64,000 bases of DNA from Eledone cirrhosa. Taxonomy: Eukaryota. The DNA lies in assembly GCA_964016885.1 (NCBI GenBank), contig OZ024741.1:250542001-250606000 (forward strand). The letters are read 5' to 3'. The translations under genes were made by a program, and so were the position numbers. This document shows, one piece after another, positions 54,313-64,000 of the stretch. Under the pieces are notes generated by a model. The model had not been told where the DNA came from. It did no database searches and saw nothing but the letters and a program-made list of their open reading frames with translations. Within the stretch, counting starts at the first letter, position 1. Every line of letters begins with the position of its first letter.

Positions 54313-57300
54313 AATCCCATTAAAAACCACATTAAAAATTCAATTAAAAATCTATTTTGAAAAACCCATTAAAAACCCCATTATAAGCTCATAAAACACT
54401 CCATTAAAACCCCAACCAAACCCCCCATTAAAACACAATTAAAACATCATTAAGAATGCCAATAAAAGCGCCATTAAAAACCACATTGGAAACCCATAAA
54501 AACCCAATTAAAACAAATTTTAAAGTTTCCATTAAAAGTCCCCATTAAAACTCCATTAAAACCCCCATTAACCCCCACTCGAAAAGACATTAAAACCTCA
54601 AATTTAAACCGAAATAAAAACTCAATTAAAACGCAATTAAAAACTCAATTAAAACACCATTAAAAACACAATTAAAAGCCCATTAAACCAATTAAAATTG
54701 CATTAACACACCACTAAGGTTCCATTGGAAAACCATTAAAAATGTCATTAAAAACTACACTGAAAACCCATTAAACCCCTATTAAAAGCGCACCCAAAAC
54801 TTTATAAAAAACCAAATAAAAACCCCATTAAAATACCATTAAAACGGCATAAAACACCATTAAAACTACATTAAAACTCAATTAAAAATTCCATTTAAAT
54901 CTCCATTATAAACTCAATTAAAACTCCATTAAAACTCAATTAAAAACTCCATTAAAAACACACACACATGAAGTTACATGCTGGCTTGCACACTTATAGC
55001 GATTGCTATTTCCTTTTAATTTCATTAAAACTAGGATGTTTTAGAAAGATAAAAACAAAACTGAATAATGAAGAGACTAGGGAGGGGTAAAGAAAGGCAG
55101 ATCAGGCTGTAGAGGACAGTAGGGGGAGAAGAGGGAAGAGACTTGGGAGGGGTAAAGAAAGGCAGATCTGGCTGTAGAGGACAGTAGGGGGAGAAGAGGG
55201 AGAAATAAACTAAATTATAAACTAAGTTATAAACTAAATTATAAACTAAATTAAAAACTCAATAAAATAAAATAAAATAAAATAAAATAAAATAAAAAAA
55301 AATAAAATAAAATAAAATAAAATAAAATAAAATAAAATAAAATAAAATAAAATAAAATAAAATAAAATAAAATAAAAAAAAATAAAATAAAATAAAATAA
55401 AAAAAACTAAAAAATATAAATAAAATAAAATAAAATAAATAAAATAAAATAAAATAAAATAAAATAAAATAAAATAAATAAAAATAAAATAAAATAAAAA
55501 AAAATAAAAAAAAATTAAATATAAAAAATAAATAAAATAAAATAAAATAAGAACTCAATTAAAAACTCAGTAAAAACTCAATTAAAAACTCAATTAAAAA
55601 CTCAATCGAAGCACCATTAAAACACCATTAAAAACTCCACTATAAACCCACTAAACCCATTAAAAACCAATTAAAAATTCAATTACACATCCCATTAGAA
55701 ATTTCATTAAAAACTCAATTAAAAGTTCCATTGAAAACACATTCAAAACCCATTAACCCCATATTAAAAGTTCATAAAACTCTATTAAAAACCCAATAAC
55801 AAACCAATTAAAACGCCATTAAAACGCCACAAAACACAATAAAATGTCATAAAAACGCCATTAAAACATCACAAAAAGCCCAACTAAAAAACCATTAATA
55901 ATGTCATTAAAAATTCCATAAAAATCCATTAAAAACTCCACTAAAAGCCCATTAAAAAGTTCATTAAAAGCCATATTATAAATTTCATAAAAAGCAATTG
56001 AAAACCCCATTATTTATGAGCCTTTTTTATGAGTTTTTAATAGTGTTTTAATTCAGTTTTTAATTGCGTTTAAAATTGGGTTTTAATGGCTTTTTAATGG
56101 TTTTTTAATGGAATTTTAATGGGATTTTCGATGGTGTTTAATGGGTTTTTATGGAGTTTTTAATTGGGTTTTCAATGGTGTTGTTTATGAGTTTTTAAAT
56201 GGGTTTTTAATGGAATTTTTGATTGCGTTTTTAATGAAATTTTTAATAGATTCAAGGATGTTTTAATGGAGTTTTTAATGGTCTTTTTAATGGCGTTTTA
56301 ATTGTGTTTTTATGGTGTTTAAATGCGTTTTAATGATTTTTAATTGGGTTTTTAATGGAGTATTTTTAATGAGCTCTTAATGGATTTTTCAATTGGATAC
56401 TTAATGGGTTTTAATGGAATTTATAATAAGGGTTCTAATTGACTTTAAATATGATTTTTAATGGAGTTTTTAATGAAATTTCTAATGGTGTTTTTAATTG
56501 CGTTCCCCCCCGTGAGGGTTTTAATGGCATTTTAAATGACATTTTAATGAGTTTTTATGATGTTTTAATGGCGTTGTAATTGTTTTTTATTGGGTTTTTA
56601 ATATAATTTTGTATGAGCTTTTAATGGGGATTTTCAATGTTGTTTTTAATGGAGTGTTTAATGGAATTTTAATGGGGGTTTGATAAAAAAAATTAATTGC
56701 TTTTTAATTTAATTTTTAATGCGTTTTTGATGGTGTTTAAGTGCGTTCATGATGATCTTTTTAATGGATTTTTAATGGGGTTTTAATTGAATTTTTAATG
56801 GTGTTTTCAATGTAATTTTTAATGATAGTTTAATGGTGTTTTAATGACGTTTTAATTGTGTTTTTTATGGTGTTTTAGTGACGTTTAAATAGGATTTTTA
56901 ATTGGTTTTTTAATTGAGTATTTATATGAGTTTTCACTGGTGTTTTTAATGGGTTTTTCAATATTGCATTTAATGAAATTTTTAATATGGTTTCAAATGG
57001 AATTTTTAATGTGTTTTTAATTGGGTTTCTAGTGACGTTTTTAATGGTACTTTAAATGACGTTTTAATGACTTTTATGGCGTTTTAATGGGTTTTTTAAT
57101 TGGGTTTTTAATGTAGTTTTTTAAAAGATCTTTACTTGGGATTTTATGGGTTTTCAATGCGGTTTTTAATGGTATATTAATGGAGTTTTTGGTGTGGTTG
57201 TTAATGGTATTAGTGACATTTTAATGTGTTTTTAATGGTGTTTTAAGCGAGTTTCTGATTTAGTTTAAATTTAAATATTTGATGGTCCTTCTAATGGGCT

Positions 57301-59414
57301 TTAATGGATGTGTAATGTGTTTAATGCAATTTTAATGGGGTTTAATGGGGGTAGTAGGTTTCAATGTGTTTTAATGGAGTTTTAATGGCTAGTGCTCTTT
57401 TTTTAAGAGTTTTTAATGGTGTTTTTAATGGTTTTTCATTGAGCTTTTAATTGCGTTTTTAATTGCGTTTTTAATCTAGTTTAAAAATTGAGTTTTAATG
57501 GGTTTTTCAATTAGGTTTTTAATGGATTTATAATGGTGTTTTTTACGGATCCTTTAATTTTTTATAATGGGTTTTCAATGCCGTTTTAATGGTGTTTTTT
57601 AATTGTATCCTTAATGACGCTTCGATAAGTTTCAATGTTATTTTAATGGGGTTTTGATTGATTTTTTAATGGAGTTTTTTTAATGAACTTTTATTGGGGT
57701 TTTCAATCAGGTTTTTAACTGAATTTTTAATGTTTTTCAATTAGATTTTTTATGGAGTTTTTATGGGCTTTTTAATGAGTTTTTAATGGTGTGCTAATTG
57801 AGTTTTCAATTACCTTTTTAATTGAGTATAAAATCGAGTTTTTACTAAGTTTTTAATGAATTTTTAATGGAATTTTAATGGGGGTTTCCAATGGACTTTT
57901 AATTGTGTTTTAATGGGGTTTTAAAATTGGTTTTTAGTTGCATTTTTCAGGGGCTTTTAATGGGGCTTAATGGGGGTTTAATGGGGGATTTAATTGAGTT
58001 TTTAATGGAGTTTAATAGAGTTTATAATGGAGGTTTTAATGGAGATTTTAATGAAGTTTTAATGTAGTTTTTAATGAGGTTTTTAATGACGATTTTAATG
58101 GCGTTCTTAATGGCGTTTTAATGGTATTTTATGGCATTTTAATGACGGTTGTAATGGTTTTTAATGGAGTGTTAATTGGTTATTAATTGTATTTTAATGG
58201 GTTTTATGAGCTTTTTAATGGGTTTTTTAGTGATGTTTTTAATGGAGTTTATAATGGGTCTTTTAATGGAATTTGCAATGTATTTTTTAATGGTGTTTTC
58301 AATTGTATTTTTAATGACGTTTTAATGGTGTTTTTTATGGCGTTTTAATAGGATTTTTAATTGGTTTTTTAAAGGACTATTATTATGGGTTTTTTATGTA
58401 ATTTTATAATGGGATTTTCAGTAGGGTTTTTAATTGGATTTTTAATGGAGTTTATAATATGGTTTTTAATTGGATTTTTAAAGAATTTATAATTGCGGTT
58501 TTAATATAGTGTTTAATGGAGTATTTAATTGGTTTTTAATGGTAATTTTAATGGAGTGTTTAATGTGTTTTTAATGGGGGAGGAGGGGGGTAAAATGCAG
58601 TTTTTAATTGAGTTATCAATGGAGTTTTTAATGAAATTTTTTATGACGTTTTAATAGCGTTTTATGACGTTTTAATGACGTTTTAATGGTTTTTTTATTG
58701 GGTTTTGGGAGTTTTTATGAGCTTCTAATTAGGTTTTAAATGGGGTTTTCAATGAGGTTTTTAGTGGAATTTTTAATGGGCCTTTAATGTATTTTTAATG
58801 GGATTTTAATGTTTTTTATGGCGTTTTAATGGTATTTTAAATGCTGTTTTAATGTTTCTTTTATGGCCTTTTAATTGGGTTTTTGATTGAGTTTTTAATG
58901 GATTTTTTTAACGAGAATTATGAAGTTTAATGGGTTTCCAGTGTGTTTTAAATGAAGTTTTTGATAATATTTTTAATGGAATTTTAATGGCGGTTATGGG
59001 ATTTTAATGGGTTCTGGTGGTATTTTTGTGGGTTTTAATGGGGTGTTAAATGGTTTTAATGTTGTTTTACTTGCGCTTTCGATTACGTTTACAATTAAGT
59101 TTTTACTGTTTTTAATTGGATTTTTAATGGATTTTAATGTGGTTTTTAATGGAATTTTAATGGTGTTTTAATATAGTTTTTAATGGGTTTCGGATGTAGC
59201 TTTTAATGGTGGTTTAGTGTGCTTTTTATTGGGTTTTTAATGAGTTTTTATGAGCTTTTCAATGGAGTTTTTAATGGTGTTTATATATATATATATACAT
59301 ACATATATATGTATATATATATATTTACACATATATATGTGTATATATATATGTGTATATATATATTTACACATATATATGTGTATATATATATTTACAC
59401 ATATATATGTGTAT

Positions 59415-59452
<38 letters not shown>

Positions 59453-59453
59453 T

Positions 59454-59492
<39 letters not shown>

Positions 59493-59878
59493 TATATATA
59501 TATATATATATATATTAAATATATATATATATATATATATTAAATATATATATATATATATATATATTAAATATATATATATATATATATATATTAAATA
59601 TATATATATATATATATATATATTAAATATATATATATATATATATATATTAAATATATATATATATATATATATATTCCACTTTCATGTTACACACTAT
59701 ATATAAACTGGGATTTATATTTTGCGTTAGTGCCATATTAAGCTGACAACGATATATTCGTATCTTAAAAAATATTTTTTTTAGATCACATTGTTCTAGA
59801 TATTATTAAAATTATTAAATCTATTTTCAATTTTCACGAACACTTGCATATACTACATACATACATTTATATAGACAC

Positions 59879-60272
59879 TAACACAAATATTAGCATATAC
59901 ATAATTTCTTAGTCATTGAGGATGTGTTTTTATACATACATATGCATATTGCATACATACATACATACACACATACAAGCATATACATAGACATACACAC
60001 ACACATATATACACACACTGTATATATATATATACATACACACACACACACATATATATATACACACACACACTATATATATATATAGTGTGTGGTGTAT
60101 ATATATATATGTGTGTGTGTGTATGTATATATATACAGTGTGTGTATATATATGTGTGTGTATGTGTATGTATATGCTTGTATGTGTGTATGTATGGATG
60201 CAATATGCATATGTATGTATAAAAAACACATCCTCAATTACTAAGAAAATATGTATATGCTAATATTTGTGT

Positions 60273-60274
<2 letters not shown>
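59879..60274. repeat. ~400 bp palindrome, unit 10
   Basis: Same arms as 2296-2693. Confidence 0.93.
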
Positions 60275-60304
<30 letters not shown>

Positions 60305-60365
60305 CGCACACACTATATATATATATATATACATACACACTATATATATATATATACACACACAC

Positions 60366-60416
<51 letters not shown>

Positions 60417-63400
60417 AATCCCATTAAAAACCACATTAAAAATTCAATTAAAAATCTATTTTGAAAAACCCATTAAAAACCCCATTATAAGCTCATAAAA
60501 CACTCCATTAAAACCCCAACCAAACCCCCCATCAAAACACAATTAAAACATCATTAAGAATGCCAATAAAAGCGCCATTAAAAACCACATTGGAAACCCA
60601 TAAAAACCCAATTAAAACAAAATTAAAGTTTCCATTAAAAGTCCCCATTAAAACTCCATTAAAACCCCATTAAACCCCCCCCTCGAAAAGACATTAAAAC
60701 CTCAAATTTAAACCGAAATAAAAACTCAATTAAAACGCAATTAAAAAATCAATTAAAACACCATTAAAAACACAATTAAAAGCCCATTAAACCAATTAAA
60801 ATTGCATTAACACACCACTAAGGTTCCATTGGAAAACCATTAAAAATGTCATTAAAAACTACACTGAAAACCCATTAAACCCCCATTAAAAGCGCACCCA
60901 AAACTTTATAAAAAACCAAATAAAAACCCCATTAAAATACCATTAAAACGGCATAAAACACCATTAAAACTACATTAAAACTCAATTAAAAATTCCATTT
61001 AAATCTCCATTATAAACTCAATTAAAACTCCATTAAAACTCAATTAAAAACTCCATTAAAAACACACACACATGAAGTTACATGCTGGCTTGCACACTTA
61101 TAGCGATTGCTATTTCCTTTTAATTTCATTAAAACTAGGATGTTTTAGAAAGATAAAAACAAAATTGAATAATGAAGAGACTAGGGAGGGGTAAAGAAAG
61201 GCAGATCAGGCTGTAGAGGACAGTAGGGGGAGAAGAGGGAAGAGACTTGGGAGGGGTAAAGAAAGGCAGATCTGGCTGTAGAGGACAGTAGGGGGAGAAG
61301 AGGGAGAAATAAACTAAATTATAAACTAAGTTATAAACTAAATTATAAACTAAATTAAAAACTCAATAAAATAAAATAAAATAAAATAAAATAAAATAAA
61401 ATAAAATAAAATAAAATAAAATAAAATAAAATAAAATAAAATAAAAAATAAAATAAAATAAAATAAAATAAAATAAAATAAAATAAAATAAAATAAAATA
61501 AAATAAAATAAAATAAAATAAAATAAAAAATAAAATAAAATAAAATAAAATAAAATAAAATAAAATAAAATAAAATAAAATAAAATAAAATAAAATAAAA
61601 TAAAATAAAATAAAAAAAACTAAAAAATATAAATAAAATAAAATAAAATAAATAAAATAAAATAAAATAAAATAAAATAAATAAAAATAAAATAAAATAA
61701 AAAAAAATAAAAAAAAATTAAATATAAAAAATAAATAAAATAAAATAAAATAAGAACTCAATTAAAAACTCAGTAAAAACTCAATTAAAAACTCAATTAA
61801 AAACTCAATCGAAGCACCATTAAAACACCATTAAAAACTCCACTATAAACCCACTAAACCCATTAAAAACCAATTAAAAATTCAATTACACATCCCATTA
61901 GAAATTTCATTAAAAACTCAATTAAAAGTTCCATTGAAAACACATTCAAAACCCATTAACCCCATATTAAAAGTTCATAAAACTCTATTAAAAACCCAAT
62001 AACAAACCAATTAAAACGCCATTAAAACGCCACAAAACACAATAAAATGTCATAAAAACGCCATTAAAACATCACAAAAAGCCCAATTAAAAAACCATTA
62101 ATAATGTCATTAAAAATTCCATAAAAATCCATTAAAAACTCCACTAAAAGCCCATTAAAAAGTTCATTAAAAGCCACATTATAAATTTCATAAAAAACAA
62201 TTGAAAACCCCATTATTTATGAGCCTTTTTTTATGAGTTTTTAATAGCGTTTTAATTCAGTTTTTAATTGCGTTTAAAATTGGGTTTTAATGGCTTTTTA
62301 ATGGTGTTTTAATGGGATTTTCGATGGTGTTTAATGGGTTTTTATGGAGTTTTTAATTGGGTTTTCAATGGTGTTGTTTATGAGTTTTTAAATGGGTTTT
62401 TAATGGAATTTTTGATTGCGTTTTTAATGAAATTTTTAATAGATTCAAGGATGTTTTAATGGAGTTTTTAATGGTCTTTTTAATGGCGTTTTAATTGTGT
62501 TTTTATGGTGTTTAAATGCGTTTTAATGATTTTTAATTGGGTTTTTAATGGAGTATTTTTAATGAGCTCTTAATGGATTTTTCAATTGGATACTTAATGG
62601 GTTTTAATGGAATTTATAATAAGGGTTCTAATTGACTTTAAATATGATTTTTATGGAGTTTTTAATGAAATTTCTAATGGTGTTTTTAATTGCGTTTCCC
62701 CCCGTGAGGGTTTTAATGGCATTTTAAATGACATTTTAATGAGTTTTTATGATGTTTTAATGGCGTTGTAATTGTTTTTTATTGGGTTTTTAATATAATT
62801 TTGTATGAGCTTTTAATGGGGGTTTTCAATGTTGTTTTTAATGGAATTTTAATGGGGGTTTGATAAAAAAAATTAATTGTTTTTAATTTAATTTTTAATG
62901 CGTTTTTGATGGTGTTTAAGTGCGTTCATGATGATCTTTTTAATGGATTTTTAATGGGGTTTTAATTGAATTTTTAATGGTGTTTTCAATGTAATTTTTA
63001 ATGATAGTTTAATGGTGTTTTAATGACGTTTTAATTGTGTTTTTTATGGTGTTTTAGTGACGTTTAAATAGGATTTTTAATTGGTTTTTTAATTGAGTAT
63101 TTATATGAGTTTTCACTGGTGTTTTTAATGGGTTTTTCAATATTGCATTTAATGAAATTTTTAATATGGTTTCAAATGGAATTTTTAATGTGTTTTTAAT
63201 TGGGTTTCTAGTGACGTTTTTAATGGTACTTTAAATGACGTTTTAATGACTTTTATGGCGTTTTAATGGGTTTTTTAATTGGGTTTTTAATGTAGTTTTT
63301 TAAAAGATCTTTACTTGGGATTTTATGGGTTTTCAATGCGGTTTTTAATGGTATATTAATGGAGTTTTTGGTGTGGTTGTTAATGGTATTAGTGACATTT

Positions 63401-64000
63401 TAATGTGTTTTTAATGGTGTTTTAAGCGAGTTTCTGATTTAGTTTAAATTTAAATATTTGATGGTCCTTCTAATGGGCTTTAATGGATGTGTAATGTGTT
63501 TAATGCAATTTTAATGGGGTTTAATGGGGGTAGTAGGTTTCAATGGGTTTTAATGGAGTTTTAATGGCTAGTGCTCTTTTTTTTAGAGTTTTTAATGGTG
63601 TTTTTAATGGTTTTTCATTGAGCTTTTAATTGCGTTTTTAATTGCGTTTTTAATCTAGTTTTAAAATTGAGTTTTAATGGGTTTTTCAATTAGGTTTTTA
63701 ATGGATTTATAATGGTGTTTTTTACGGACCCTTTAATTTTTTATAATGGGTTTTCAATGCCGTTTTAATGGTGTTTTTTAATGGTATCCTTAATGACGCT
63801 TCGATAAGTTTCAATGTTATTTTAATGGGGTTTTGATTGATTTTTTAATGGAGTTTTTTTTAATGAACTTTTATTGGGGTTTTCAATCAGGTTTTTAACT
63901 GAATTTTTAATGTTTTTCAATTAGATTTTTTATGGAGTTTTTATGGGCTTTTTAATGAGTTTTTAATGGTGTGCTAATTGAGTTTTCAATTACCTTTTTA

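Larger units (their letters stand above)
1..64000. repeat. Macrosatellite tandem array of ~6.0-6.2 kb composite units (10 full units plus a partial one); continues beyond both window ends
   Basis: The anchor ggttttcaatgccgttttaatgg recurs at 1, 6145, 12167, 21148, 27212, 33241, 39329, 45417, 51477, 57570 and 63749. Unit lengths are 6144, 6022, 8981 (with insertion), 6064, 6029, 6088, 6088, 6060, 6093 and 6179. Block order is the same in every unit. Confidence 0.98.

Noticed and set aside
1651-61761. Dozens of short ORFs rich in YI/IY, HT/VC, FYFIL or KTPLK repeats
   Set aside because: They are translations of (TA)n, (CA)n, (AAAAT)n and the 10-bp satellite. Their frames shift between otherwise identical units, so there is no coding constraint.

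Overview
This is an extremely AT-rich, eukaryote-like (probably invertebrate) window occupied by a head-to-tail macrosatellite array. It holds 10 complete units of about 6.0-6.2 kb plus a partial 11th, and the units are nearly identical by eye. Each unit is a composite of: a degenerate ~10-11 bp TTTT(T)AATGGNN satellite that switches strand twice, punctuated (TA)n tracts, a ~200 bp unique island, a ~400 bp near-perfect palindrome, a second unique island, a 2 x 65 bp purine/G-rich duplication, a 12-bp minisatellite and an (AAAAT)n tract. Unit 3 alone carries a ~2.9 kb insertion (about 14072-16982) in a (TA)n tract. The insertion is a 5'-truncated Penelope-like retroelement (Naiad-like) with an intact RT-thumb plus GIY-YIG ORF, a long 3' UTR and a minimal type I hammerhead ribozyme. 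A perfect 64-bp inverted copy of its 3' end sits at the 5' end and supplies a new in-frame ATG. All other ORFs in the track are microsatellite artefacts.
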